From a virus (taxonomy: Duplodnaviria; Caudoviricetes), in IMG/VR virus record IMGVR_UViG_2859564202_000001: a DNA stretch of 64,000 nt, one strand, 5' to 3'. The translations under genes were made by a program, and so were the position numbers. The notes beneath the pieces are model-generated. The model did no database searches, was not told the DNA's origin, and was given only the letters and a program-made list of their open reading frames with translations. This document shows positions 9,573 through 19,779 of the stretch, piece after piece (position 1 is the stretch's first letter; each line of letters starts with the position of its first letter).

Positions 9573-11498
9573 CTACTTACTGGAACTAATGACGGAGCCG
9601 CCACCAAGACCGAACAGATTAAACAGCGGGAGAAGCAAATCAAGCAGCTTGGACAGCCAGTTTGTCGGCGTTGGCTTCGTGGTGATCTGTGAACCGTCCT
9701 CGTAGGTAATGGTCACTGAGCCGTTGTCGTTGGTAACTCGGGACACCTCTACCAGACCTTTACCGTCTGACCCGTCTACGCCATCTGTGCCATTGACTCC
9801 ATCTTTGCCGTCCTTACCGTCTGACCCATCAACACCGTTGCGCACAGTGAACTCAGTACCGTCAGAAAGAACATAGGTGATGTTGCCGTCCTCATCAGGG
9901 GTAGCAGATTCCAGCGTTAGGCCAGTACCATCAAGCCCGTCAAGACCATCTTTGCCGTCTTGACCAGCATCAAGAGTAAACGTAGTGCCATCGGACAAGG
10001 TGACAGTCACCGTGCCGTCAGCATTGTCAACAACATCAATGGCGACAACACCGTCTCGGCCGTCTGAGCCATCAGACCCATCGTCACCGTCCTTGCCGTC
10101 ATCAACAGAGGGGAGGTTGCCATCGCCATCGGTGATGTTGGGGCCAAACAAGCCATCACCGGAAAGCAGATCGTCTGCGTGGCGATGTTTGTAGAGCTCA
10201 CCCTCAGTGAAATAGTTATCCCTAGTGAACGCCCCCGCTGGTTCACCAACAGAACCTTGCACCTTATGTTCGAAGGTTTTACCAGGGCTAAATGGCTCTA
10301 GTGCTTCAATACCAGTCCAACTAAAGGAAATATCCGAAGGAATATTCTTAAACGTCGCTGTTGCTGTGGTCTTATCCGCTGAATACACAACGGTTGGTTC
10401 CCACGCAGCTACGTCGTACTCGGGAAATGCGGCAACAAATTCGTCATATTCAAATGAATTTTTGTAAGAATAGCTGATCCTCGTCGATGTTTCCTCTACC
10501 CGAGGAACTTCCGAGAAAACGTCGAAATCCTCAAATCCACCTCCGGAACGTTCGCGTAAAGTGGCTCCGTCTGCGGCTGTGAAATTAAGTATCACGTCGC
10601 GTGTGGTGGGTGTGGTATTGACAAGCGCACCCCGGAATCCAGCACCGTTGTTATTGCTAATGACAACATTGGCGTGCCCGACCACGACGCCAAGTGGAGC
10701 TGCGTATGCTAATGCGCCCATATCAACAGCTGGTGGTTGATTAATCTTCCAGTCTTGTTCACTTCGGAAATGCGACACGGTCTGCGTAGACTTAACCCAC
10801 GTGTGCTGGACAGTACTGATAATCCACGGGTGTCCAGCAACGCCGTAGCGGACTACCTTGTTCTCAACCTGACCCTCAGTCTTACCCACAGTCCAGTCTT
10901 GAATTGGTCGCTCACCCGTCTGCTGGGCGCTACTCACCCACCCGTACAGTTCCATATCAAGAGCTGCGGTGCGAGAAGTAGTGCCAGCATCCGAACTAAA
11001 GTTTGTCAACGTACCGCGCGTACCACCGTTGCTCACCAAAAGATCTGCGACACGAATACCTGCATCATTGCGTACAGGGACGGTGCGATCGTTTGAATTG
11101 AAAAACCGAAGTCCATCGCCGGTGAGATTAAAGACGTACTCATCCTCGGCAGTTGCTGAATCCGGGATCGAAAACTCCATCTGCAATCGCAGTTCACCCT
11201 TGGTGATGTCTCCTAGAAGCTCTTCACGCTTGTCGTTGTCACTGATACCCAGCTCAACCGGGTCAGAAAATGACAGCCCGTTCAACGTATAAGAAACACT
11301 GGTCACAATACTGTCCGGCAACGTCGCAGCAGACGCAGTTGCCATACCAAACTGTGCCACATGATCAGATGTCGCCACTGCCACACCGCCAATCGCCACA
11401 GTGGTGGCGAGCGCCAACGCAATAGGACGAGCAATCCGAGATCCCAGTACAAACTGAGGACGAACCCCTACCTCTCGACCCTGTTTATTAAAAGTCAT
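9573..11498 (-). CDS. Secreted adhesin-like protein with collagen-like repeats
   Basis: Signal peptide, beta-rich N-domain, GxD repeats, amphipathic C-terminus. Confidence 0.8.
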   Translation of the reverse strand: MTFNKQGREVGVRPQFVLGSRIARPIALALATTVAIGGVAVATSDHVAQFGMATASAATLPDSIVTSVSYTLNGLSFSDPVELGISDNDKREELLGDITKGELRLQMEFSIPDSATAEDEYVFNLTGDGLRFFNSNDRTVPVRNDAGIRVADLLVSNGGTRGTLTNFSSDAGTTSRTAALDMELYGWVSSAQQTGERPIQDWTVGKTEGQVENKVVRYGVAGHPWIISTVQHTWVKSTQTVSHFRSEQDWKINQPPAVDMGALAYAAPLGVVVGHANVVISNNNGAGFRGALVNTTPTTRDVILNFTAADGATLRERSGGGFEDFDVFSEVPRVEETSTRISYSYKNSFEYDEFVAAFPEYDVAAWEPTVVYSADKTTATATFKNIPSDISFSWTGIEALEPFSPGKTFEHKVQGSVGEPAGAFTRDNYFTEGELYKHRHADDLLSGDGLFGPNITDGDGNLPSVDDGKDGDDGSDGSDGRDGVVAIDVVDNADGTVTVTLSDGTTFTLDAGQDGKDGLDGLDGTGLTLESATPDEDGNITYVLSDGTEFTVRNGVDGSDGKDGKDGVNGTDGVDGSDGKGLVEVSRVTNDNGSVTITYEDGSQITTKPTPTNWLSKLLDLLLPLFNLFGLGGGSVISSSK

Positions 11499-11674
11499 AA
11501 AAAACCACCTTCATAAATGTAGTTAATTTACTGTAATGAAACTAAAGAACGTTTCATAGTAATTAACATAACACATGTATGAAATAATTGTGAATACTAA
11601 AGTTAATAGTTTCTTTATTACTATTATTAACATAATGGCCCCAGGGAAGGTGCTGGTCATACCGCCAAAAGAGC

Positions 11675-11696
11675 ACCGCAGCACAGCTGCGGTCGG
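11675..11696 (+). promoter_or_regulatory. Hairpin motif copy 1
   Basis: ACCG-CAGC-ACA-GCTG-CGGT-CGG, a compensatory variant without the bulge. Confidence 0.6.
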
Positions 11697-11748
11697 ACAC
11701 TAGTGCGCAGTACTACCTCTTACCCACCCCATATATAAGGAGTAAAAA

Positions 11749-12234
11749 ATGACTGCTCTACCCTGCCCACCAACACAGAAGCTGCTCTATGCACAGATGC
11801 GTGAAATTGCAGCCGAACTTACAGCCTGTGACGCTACTCGCGGACTCCATGCCGAAGTGGCTGCCGAATGGCTTAGTGACGCCATAACCGGCGAACCCAC
11901 CTCTATCGAGATTGACCCCCACCGCAACCTGTTCTACGCACTTAATGTTGAGCACCCGCGACTCCATGAACTCTTTGCCGGTTACGCTACACGCCTTGAT
12001 GAACTCGACCGCGCACCGCAGCAGTGTGAGTCGCGTCAATATTTTCTTGATTATGTCTGTGCTGACAACCCTTTTGGCTCAGACAAACCAGAGGGCATTA
12101 TCGTGCTGCTCGCTGATCACGTGCTGGCAGCAGATCCAGTGACAAACAAGCCGGCACTCAAATCAGAGGCATTCCCTACTGTCACAGACTATTGCCGCAC
12201 TCACTCTGCTAAACCAACAGACATTCTCATTTAA
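11749..12234 (+). CDS. Hypothetical protein
   Basis: AAGGAG RBS; 161-aa ORF. Confidence 0.75.
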   Translation: MTALPCPPTQKLLYAQMREIAAELTACDATRGLHAEVAAEWLSDAITGEPTSIEIDPHRNLFYALNVEHPRLHELFAGYATRLDELDRAPQQCESRQYFLDYVCADNPFGSDKPEGIIVLLADHVLAADPVTNKPALKSEAFPTVTDYCRTHSAKPTDILI

Positions 12235-12248
12235 GGATTTTAGTCACC

Positions 12249-12440
12249 ATGACGAAACACGACCATACTTACACAACCCCTGCAGAGCACTCAGATCCAG
12301 CTGATCAGCGCATTTTTCCGCTCGCTGAATCAGACATAGAAAAATTCGACATGCAGCTCGATCAGCCTGTCAACACCAAAGAGATGCAGGCTTTTCCGCA
12401 CGCCCCCACCATCTTTGGCACTGAGATTGTGTTCGATTAA
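12249..12440 (+). CDS. Small hypothetical protein
   Basis: AAGGA RBS; follows the previous gene closely. Confidence 0.55.
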   Translation: MTKHDHTYTTPAEHSDPADQRIFPLAESDIEKFDMQLDQPVNTKEMQAFPHAPTIFGTEIVFD

Positions 12441-12501
12441 CTACCACTGCTGCACACACACATACAACACCTCTCACACACAAACAAGAAAGGGTCACCC
12501 C

Positions 12502-12729
12502 ATGACCACCGTTCAAGTATCCACCCGCACTGTGCGCGAACACCGTTTTACTGTGCCAGTGGACTACGCTGTCGGCGCCACCATTTCAGAAATCTATGCT
12601 GCCTGTGCCATGGCCGAAAAGAAAGCCAACAACCTTGGGCTTAACACTACTAAGGACGATTGGGCACGAGTCACTGTCACTGATAATGCTGTTGTGTTCA
12701 TTGTCGAGAATGTTATCGGGAATACTTAG
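12502..12729 (+). CDS. Small hypothetical protein
   Basis: GAAAGGG RBS before MTTVQV. Confidence 0.65.
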   Translation: MTTVQVSTRTVREHRFTVPVDYAVGATISEIYAACAMAEKKANNLGLNTTKDDWARVTVTDNAVVFIVENVIGNT

Positions 12730-13126
12730 AATTGTGTGCTCCTTAACGGCTCACTGCGACCCAACCAGCCTTAATTAAGACACCTCTACAACTGTTAGCA
12801 GGGTCTTTCCCTATGTAGCGCACCCACAGTAGCTACCCTTATACCGATACACGCCAATCCAAGAATCGAGATCAATCTGCTGGCCTCATCGCTTGTACAT
12901 CCACCGTACGGGCTGTGCAATGCCTCACCGTCACTAAAAAGGTGGGTGTCAGGACAAAAGCCAAAACCCTTAACCTGATATAGGTATAACAGGTTAAGGG
13001 TTTTTACGCAGATGAGAACTGTTAGAAAATCACTTGTACAAATTCTTTCAGATCAGCTCAGCGCTGATTAGAGGGGAAAAGGGCAGATAATGGACGAGGT
13101 AGTGTTTTTTCACTAACCATGCGAAC

Positions 13127-13558
13127 TCAATTACCCACTACAGATAATCCTTCAGTGCCACCGGTGCCAAAAACCCCGAAAATCTCCAGCGATTCATCTT
13201 CATCATTTTTCTTTGAGATGTACGACGTCCACTCTCCACCGGCCTCCCTCACCAGGAGTTCGCCGATAAGCAAAGCCACATTATTGAGCTCTTGCTCATC
13301 GTCGGTGGGGAAAGTGTCACGCTCAATGAGATCTACGATACTCTGCAGTGAAAGATCATCACCGACATCACCAGCGGACTCGTTGTGCTTTTCCCACTGT
13401 TCAAAGGCACGGCTAGCCGCTTTCTTTACATCAACGAGAGACACCGTTCCTGCTTCAACAGGATAGAGCACCGAAGGTGTTTGATCATCGAATGAAGGAT
13501 TATACAACTTGAATAGCCGTACCTGGCTCAAAACCTGAAGGGGCTGCCTCGGCTGCAT
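13127..13558 (-). CDS. Hypothetical acidic protein, possibly a fragment
   Basis: 143-aa ORF; start uncertain. Confidence 0.45.
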   Translation of the reverse strand: MQPRQPLQVLSQVRLFKLYNPSFDDQTPSVLYPVEAGTVSLVDVKKAASRAFEQWEKHNESAGDVGDDLSLQSIVDLIERDTFPTDDEQELNNVALLIGELLVREAGGEWTSYISKKNDEDESLEIFGVFGTGGTEGLSVVGN

Positions 13559-14510
13559 TGCTAGGTGCTGCGATACCTACGAAAACACATGTCAAAGCTG
13601 CACCTGCAGCCAGTCTCTTAATCATCCCTAACCTTTCTGTCGTATGTATGGGACTGCGTTCGACTTTACGTATGGTGCATGTATTTTAATAGCACTGTCA
13701 GAAATATCTATCGGAATATTTAAATCAGGTGCCACACTGTTTTACCCAATCCCTTCCGTGAGGAATTGTGACGAGGAGTAAACCCCACGTTGAGGTCGAT
13801 TTATTCAACAGCTTAAAAAACTGATCTCCGCATTGGTGCTCTCATACATGCCCTCACTCAGGGTCAACTGCCACCAGCTCCTCTAGAGCAAACTCACACC
13901 AAACTCAGCATGAATAACGCTATGACATTGCGTGCGGGTCCACGTGCGGTGACCCTCAACCATCCCTGATTCCCGGCCCGGTAGGAATGCACTGGCCAGA
14001 GTAGTACCCGCACCAATTGTCCAGGCATGCCCATTGGGACAACACTCAGGATGACGCTCCACCCACTCCTCGATATTGGAATGCATATTCCAATATTAGC
14101 TTACCCAGGTGACCATGGTGCAACGTTCGTGCTGCATGATTGTTTTTACATTCTATATATATACAATTATCGATTTTTAAAGTGATATTACGATTATAAA
14201 GAAACTCAATAGTTGCATATGTTGTTATGTTACAAAACATACAAAAGATCGCCTCAGATTCGCTAAGAAGCTCATCCGCAAGTCATGTCCAGCAGGAAGA
14301 ATCGCCCATGACTAACATAACCATCATCTCCATCGTTAATCCACACCGAGCGTAGTAAGAAAATCTAAGTACTGTTAGGCTGAGGTTGGCCTCTTGATTA
14401 ACCTCGCCTATGCCACATACCAATAAGTGACATCGGCTAAAACTAATAATTTTCGAAACTTCATGGTCGATTTCGATGGGTTAATACATGAACCTCAGAT
14501 AGGATTCTAA

Positions 14511-15110
14511 ATGCTTTCAATTTGCGCAAAAATTGGATATTCGACGACAATTGCAGAAGTGGAAATGAACTTCCGAAAGGGACAAACATATGGTATTTGC
14601 GGTGAAAACGGATCTGGAAAATCGACACTTCTTCGCACCCTGTGCGGGGAAATCCATCCAATTGACGGGTATGCAACTATAGATGACCAAAGTGTCACCG
14701 AACCAAGTTCTATCGGTAAAATTATAAAGATTTCTACCCCCGAATTCTATCCCGATATTTCAATTGGAGAGCACTTTAAGATACTGACTAAAACCACAAA
14801 GGTGGACTATGATGACGCCATTAAACGCTGGAATCTGGAAAAACTCCTTGAGAAATCACCTAATCGAGTATCGAGCGGGCAGCAACAACGCAGCTTTCTA
14901 GCTTTACAATTGGGGGTGAAATGCGATGTGATTGTCTTGGATGAGCCGGAGAGGCATTTAGATTCTTTCTGGATAAGAATCCTATCGGAGGAACTGAAAG
15001 ACCGAGCCAAAAGTGGTACGACTGTGATTTTAGCCAGTCATTCACAAGAGATTCTTAAAGTTTGTGACGAGGTAATCTCACTCGAAAGATATTTAAATGC
15101 AAATAAATAA
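14511..15110 (+). CDS. ABC transporter ATP-binding subunit (RiPP export/immunity)
   Basis: Walker A GENGSGKST, signature VSSGQQQR, Walker B VIVLDEP, H-loop ASH. Confidence 0.92.
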   Translation: MLSICAKIGYSTTIAEVEMNFRKGQTYGICGENGSGKSTLLRTLCGEIHPIDGYATIDDQSVTEPSSIGKIIKISTPEFYPDISIGEHFKILTKTTKVDYDDAIKRWNLEKLLEKSPNRVSSGQQQRSFLALQLGVKCDVIVLDEPERHLDSFWIRILSEELKDRAKSGTTVILASHSQEILKVCDEVISLERYLNANK

Positions 15111-16098
15111 AGTGATCAAATTTGCAATACTGTTGGCTGTTGTCTTAGGTATTTCGTTTTCAACGGTGTCGTGGGTTTTTGATCAATACAAATTGAATGC
15201 AAATGATTACTCCCCGATATCTTCATTTGTCTGGAATCTGATATTCATCATAGGTTTATCGACTCTAGTAGAAAAATTTCTACCGCTCCTATCAATCTCA
15301 AAACTAGAGTGGATATATCATGTGAGACCCTTAGGCCAATTGTCTTTTGGTCGGTTTAGCCCAATCTTGCAACTGAGTGTATTCGCTCTCTTTGGACTTC
15401 TTGTTGGTGCTGCGAATGGGCATTTTTGGATATGGCTCATGATCAGCCTCTTAGCTAGACTAGTCACAGGCCTTTTTAAGAGAAAATCAATTCCAAATCT
15501 TCTTTCTGCAGGTAGAAGAAAAATTTTGTCGGAAGCCAGCCTTAACGTTTTGGATTCTGCACTAGTCGCAGATAGCACAACAGTCGCTCATCTAAAATGG
15601 ATAGACCGACCCCCCACCGGAAACTACCTCATACTCACTTTTAGAAGATTTTTAAGAAGACCCCATATCGCTTTGACAATGCTAGTGGTCATCTCTTTCA
15701 CATTCTCTTTTTCCAATGTTTTTGGAAATTTTACCCCTTGCTTATTTTTCCTACTGTGGTCCATTTTAGGTGCCGATGTGGCGCGGTGCGCAGACTTCTC
15801 TAAGCTAAAAGGACCAAACCACCTTAAAGTCGTGACTCTTATTGTGCATGGGTTATTCGCGCTAGCGATCATGCTAATAATCACAGGGACAATCCAAATG
15901 CTGCCCTACGGGATTTTAATACTGCCAAGCATTCTTTGGACAGGAATAGTCAGAAGTCGAGCGAGGAGAGTAGATCAAATCACCTATATAGACAGCGGCG
16001 TTATAGGCCCAATTTCCCCAGAAATCATCAAGTTCTATTTATCAGGTTTACTACCGACTGTAGTAGTGTCAATTATTATTGTTTCCCTACTAAATTAA
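15097..16098 (+). CDS. Multi-pass membrane protein, ABC permease
   Basis: Many hydrophobic segments; overlaps the ATPase gene by 14 nt. Confidence 0.85.
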   Translation: MQINKVIKFAILLAVVLGISFSTVSWVFDQYKLNANDYSPISSFVWNLIFIIGLSTLVEKFLPLLSISKLEWIYHVRPLGQLSFGRFSPILQLSVFALFGLLVGAANGHFWIWLMISLLARLVTGLFKRKSIPNLLSAGRRKILSEASLNVLDSALVADSTTVAHLKWIDRPPTGNYLILTFRRFLRRPHIALTMLVVISFTFSFSNVFGNFTPCLFFLLWSILGADVARCADFSKLKGPNHLKVVTLIVHGLFALAIMLIITGTIQMLPYGILILPSILWTGIVRSRARRVDQITYIDSGVIGPISPEIIKFYLSGLLPTVVVSIIIVSLLN

Positions 16099-16216
16099 CC
16101 CCTAAAGGGGTAATCCACTACCAGTAATTTCTACTTTCAAATACAAATCCTTTGAGCCATGTTAATTTGATGATGCCAATACATGGCAACCCCAACTCAA
16201 GACAGGAAAACCAAAA

Positions 16217-16372
16217 ATGGTTAATATCAATCGATACACATCTACTAACTCCATTGCATCAGACGCTGGGAAACCAGCAGACGGTCGCACCACACCAACT
16301 ACTGTTTCTTCTGTAATTTGCACTGAAACTATCGCCTACACTGTCACTGCTACCATCACAATCGGTTGCTAG
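16217..16372 (+). CDS. Class V lanthipeptide precursor, 51 aa (not in ORF track)
   Basis: MVNINRYTSTNSIASDAGKPADGR-TTPTTVSSVICTETIAYTVTATITIGC*; AGGA RBS; Thr/Ser-rich core with C-terminal Cys; ends 10 nt before the kinase gene. Confidence 0.88.
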   Translation: MVNINRYTSTNSIASDAGKPADGRTTPTTVSSVICTETIAYTVTATITIGC

Positions 16373-16382
16373 TAGGCTACAA

Positions 16383-17492
16383 ATGAACCGCCCCCTTCAA
16401 AGTCAAAATTTTTCAATAACCAGCGAATGGGCAAATGCCACGTTCAACGATATCGAAGACTCTTTGGAGGGGTCTTTTGACATCGAACCAGGCCAATACA
16501 TTGGACGCGGAGAATACTTCGTAGCTACTTCTGGAACGGGTTCCAAAAAGTTTATCAAGGTGGTTTTGGGTGACGGTATCGATAGCGAACTAAATCGTCG
16601 CATCGAAGGTGAAATTCTTGCAAGTAGTCTCCATCTTCCATCCACAGACCTAATCTCTCCTGTCGTAATTCAGTATGTGAAAGAGTCTTCTAATTTTCCC
16701 GGTGACTTCTACATCGTGTCCGACTTCAAAGACGACACAGAAACTTTAGAGCTATCTAAGGCTTCTCTACCCCTCACTGACTTAGCCAAGATCGGAGCGT
16801 TTCTCTTTCGTTTGGAATCTGTAACAGTTCCCCCTCAAAATCCTGCAAGGCGAGCAATGGATGTTTTGGATGGACTTTCTCTTCTTGCAAATAAAGGCAA
16901 CATTGAAACAGGCGCACAATTAACAAAAGGAACTATACAAGCTCTTGAAATCATTAATCAAGAAGCGACCAACATCGAGAATGCACTTGAAAAAGTAACT
17001 AAAGTAGGATCACGGAAGTTTTTCTCGCATGGAGATCTTAAATTTTCTCAGTTCTTAATTAATGGTGAAACCGGAAAGATTTTCCTATGTGACTGGGAAG
17101 AATGCGGTAGTGCACATTTCGCAAATGACCTATGTTTTCTCGCAGGTGATTTGTTCTATAGCACAATTCGGGAACTGGTGGATACCAACATCAAAAACAT
17201 TAAAGGCTCCTCGATCATTCAGGAAGCCTACGATAATGCAACGCTTGAGGCTGTATCAAAAGTAAATGCAATATTAACTGGCTATTCCTCAGAGAGGGGT
17301 TACTCTCTCACCTCGGACGAAAAACGAATCATTAGTATCAGAATCGGATTGGCTGGTCTATTTCGACTTTACACTGTGAGCGCTAAATCTAATGAGTTAC
17401 GCCCGCGCGAATTAGCCTTAGCCTCCATCGGAATGCAAATTACTTTAGGTCAAGCACCCAATCTGGTGTTTACAGATAGCAAGGTGGTTTAA
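16383..17492 (+). CDS. APH-like phosphotransferase (LanK-type kinase of a split dehydratase)
   Basis: HGDLKFSQFL and CDWEE motifs. Confidence 0.85.
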   Translation: MNRPLQSQNFSITSEWANATFNDIEDSLEGSFDIEPGQYIGRGEYFVATSGTGSKKFIKVVLGDGIDSELNRRIEGEILASSLHLPSTDLISPVVIQYVKESSNFPGDFYIVSDFKDDTETLELSKASLPLTDLAKIGAFLFRLESVTVPPQNPARRAMDVLDGLSLLANKGNIETGAQLTKGTIQALEIINQEATNIENALEKVTKVGSRKFFSHGDLKFSQFLINGETGKIFLCDWEECGSAHFANDLCFLAGDLFYSTIRELVDTNIKNIKGSSIIQEAYDNATLEAVSKVNAILTGYSSERGYSLTSDEKRIISIRIGLAGLFRLYTVSAKSNELRPRELALASIGMQITLGQAPNLVFTDSKVV

Positions 17493-18293
17493 GTGAGGAA
17501 TTTGCACGAAACGATAGACAAGATCAAAAACTCAATGGTCTTTTTAAATGATCAAACCTTTACGATACCACCGTATACAGGGCATCCAGAAACAGAAAAC
17601 GTCCATGTAACTTCGCTGGAAGCCAATTCGGTACTGGCTAGTTATATTTATTCTCAATATCATGCCCGAGCAACAGAAGTAATTCCTCTTACAACCAAGC
17701 TTGACATAGTTCGCTTTCTCAGAGCTGATCCATATCTCATGGGCCTTTCGGGAGATCCGAATCAAGAACAAGCGATACCGAAAATGTCATTAGTCCGATC
17801 GCCTGGATTCGTCCACAGTTTTGGAAATCGTAAGTGGGTTCAACCAAAAAAATCAATAGGCAGAATTTACATGTCCGCGAAAAACGCGGTAGAGCGAACC
17901 GAAATATTTTTAGCTACTTTACAAATCGCTGAGAATAGCAATCTAATATTTCAGGGGAAAACTAGTTGGAACACATCCCTCCTGCGGACTGATGATATTG
18001 TATTCTACTTTCCGTTGGAATCTCATTTCTCGGAAGCACAAAGGCTGATCAAAAAATTTTTACCCTTTCGATCAGATGACGGCTTAGTTGAATCATTCTT
18101 TACTTCCTATTTGGCACCAGGTGTGAGTAAAGCTGTTGAAGTCCCAACTGCTAAGAACAATGGGCTCAGTTTTGGTATGGAATGGTCCACCATTTGCGCC
18201 CAACTAATAATCGAAGAATTTTCAGGAAAATCCGTCACGATCGCAGAAAAACTATCCGAATGGGGTATTCCTCAGAAGGAGGCCCACGCATAA
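17493..18293 (+). CDS. HopA1-like phospho-Ser/Thr lyase (LanY-type)
   Basis: GRIY, RTDDIVFY and LAPGVSKAVE...SFG motifs; abuts the kinase stop codon. Confidence 0.75.
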   Translation: MRNLHETIDKIKNSMVFLNDQTFTIPPYTGHPETENVHVTSLEANSVLASYIYSQYHARATEVIPLTTKLDIVRFLRADPYLMGLSGDPNQEQAIPKMSLVRSPGFVHSFGNRKWVQPKKSIGRIYMSAKNAVERTEIFLATLQIAENSNLIFQGKTSWNTSLLRTDDIVFYFPLESHFSEAQRLIKKFLPFRSDDGLVESFFTSYLAPGVSKAVEVPTAKNNGLSFGMEWSTICAQLIIEEFSGKSVTIAEKLSEWGIPQKEAHA

Positions 18294-18853
18294 TGACCAA
18301 AGTTACGAATGTGTCTTGGTTAGTAACAGGTTCAATGTCGGCCCTATCAATACCGGGTCTAATTTTCTCACTTCGCTCATCACATCCTAACCTTAATTTC
18401 ACTCCCTATCTAACACAAAGCGCAAGTCGAATCGTCACTATGACCAGTATGGCCACGCTAAGTGGAGTGACTCCTAGAAATAGTGACTGGGGGTCAGAAC
18501 CAGAGGCTACACCCAGCCACATTCAAATCGAATCAGAGTCAGATGCATATCTGATTGCCCCAGCGACCCTTGATTTTCTAGCTCGCTTTGCGCGTTATGA
18601 TTGTTCGACCCCTTTCTCCCTTGCTCTTCAATGTACGAAAAAGCCAATTCTCGTAGCACCGTCCTTGCCGCCTGGGGGGAAAGATTCAATAGCATATAAG
18701 TCACTAAGCATGGACCTCTTAAAGTGGGAGAATTTACGGTTATTGAGTCCTATCGAAACTAAAAGTGCTTCTTCCCCAAACGCATCGTCATCCGGCTTCG
18801 GATCTGCCACACGATTAATCGAATTCATGTTAGAAAACCTACAGGGTACTTAG
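18293..18853 (+). CDS. HFCD flavoprotein, peptidyl-Cys decarboxylase (LanD-type)
   Basis: VTGS, catalytic His (PSHIQ), APAT and APSLP; AAGGAGG RBS with TAATG stop/start overlap. Confidence 0.88.
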   Translation: MTKVTNVSWLVTGSMSALSIPGLIFSLRSSHPNLNFTPYLTQSASRIVTMTSMATLSGVTPRNSDWGSEPEATPSHIQIESESDAYLIAPATLDFLARFARYDCSTPFSLALQCTKKPILVAPSLPPGGKDSIAYKSLSMDLLKWENLRLLSPIETKSASSPNASSSGFGSATRLIEFMLENLQGT

Positions 18854-18854
18854 A

Positions 18855-19721
18855 GTGAAAAAAGTTTTTCAAAATGAAATGCGCACAATTTGGCAAAGAG
18901 ATTCGGCCAATGATCAAGAACCGTGGTCCGAGATCCGTCGGTACTCTCCTGCAAATGGAAAACTTCCTCGCTTACCCGAGCAACTTCCTCAAGAAAACAG
19001 TTCGATCTATTGGGGTCAATCGGAAGATTTCACATTTAAAATCGGCACTTTGATTGATGAATCATTCTGGAGTGGTATTAACAAAAAAGCAATCAGTATG
19101 ACCGATGATGACAAGAGTAAGCTTATTTTGAACTACTCAGAGAAAGCTATTAGTGCTTTCTCTGAGTTCTCTACTAGCGCCCACTGTCGATATCTGCCGG
19201 TTTTTGCACAGTACATCCATCATCTACCAAGAGATCTTCGAGAATTAAAAGAACTCCTGTTGGATAGCCATGTGCGCTGTGTATTTGAGGACGCTAACCT
19301 ATCAGTCTCCTCAATATTCAAAGACATCCAGTCTTTTGAAGATTACTCTAAAAAGTCTCATCGAATAGTTCATGGTTGTTTTCGATTTAGAAATATAGGT
19401 TTCTCAGGCAATGGCAAACTGCTCGTAATCTCCGGGGATGATCTAATCTACGGGTCTGAAATATTTATACAAGCTGCGATGCTGGCTGATCTATTTGAGC
19501 TAAGTTCCTCCAAAGTCGTTGCTGTAAACAAATCAATGTTCGTTATGTATCAAACCTTCACTCAAAACAAGGACAGTTTTTATGTAAATAAATTAAACAG
19601 ATTTACCTTCCTCTACCTAATCTCCCACTATGTACAATTTCTTTTTACCTACAAAAAATCTTTTCCTAAGAGACTTCTCTCGGAGGCAACGCTACTGAGA
19701 TTCAACGGGCCTGTCATTTAG
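18855..19721 (+). CDS. Degenerate phosphotransferase/pseudokinase (LanX/TvaE-type cyclisation factor)
   Basis: IVHGCFRFRNI is an HGD motif that has lost the catalytic Asp; last gene of the operon. Confidence 0.65.
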   Translation: MKKVFQNEMRTIWQRDSANDQEPWSEIRRYSPANGKLPRLPEQLPQENSSIYWGQSEDFTFKIGTLIDESFWSGINKKAISMTDDDKSKLILNYSEKAISAFSEFSTSAHCRYLPVFAQYIHHLPRDLRELKELLLDSHVRCVFEDANLSVSSIFKDIQSFEDYSKKSHRIVHGCFRFRNIGFSGNGKLLVISGDDLIYGSEIFIQAAMLADLFELSSSKVVAVNKSMFVMYQTFTQNKDSFYVNKLNRFTFLYLISHYVQFLFTYKKSFPKRLLSEATLLRFNGPVI

Positions 19722-19779
19722 CCTTTAGAAACTGGATCTTTTGTGCGCTCTAATAAACAGTAGTAAGAGTTTCTTCACA

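Noticed and set aside
18182-18292. Longer start for the flavoprotein given by the ORF track
   Set aside because: It overlaps the upstream gene by 112 nt; AAGGAGG and the TAATG overlap support 18293.
18293-18853. Flavoprotein as CoA-biosynthesis CoaBC
   Set aside because: No CoaB domain, and it sits in an operon with a Cys-terminated peptide and a split dehydratase.
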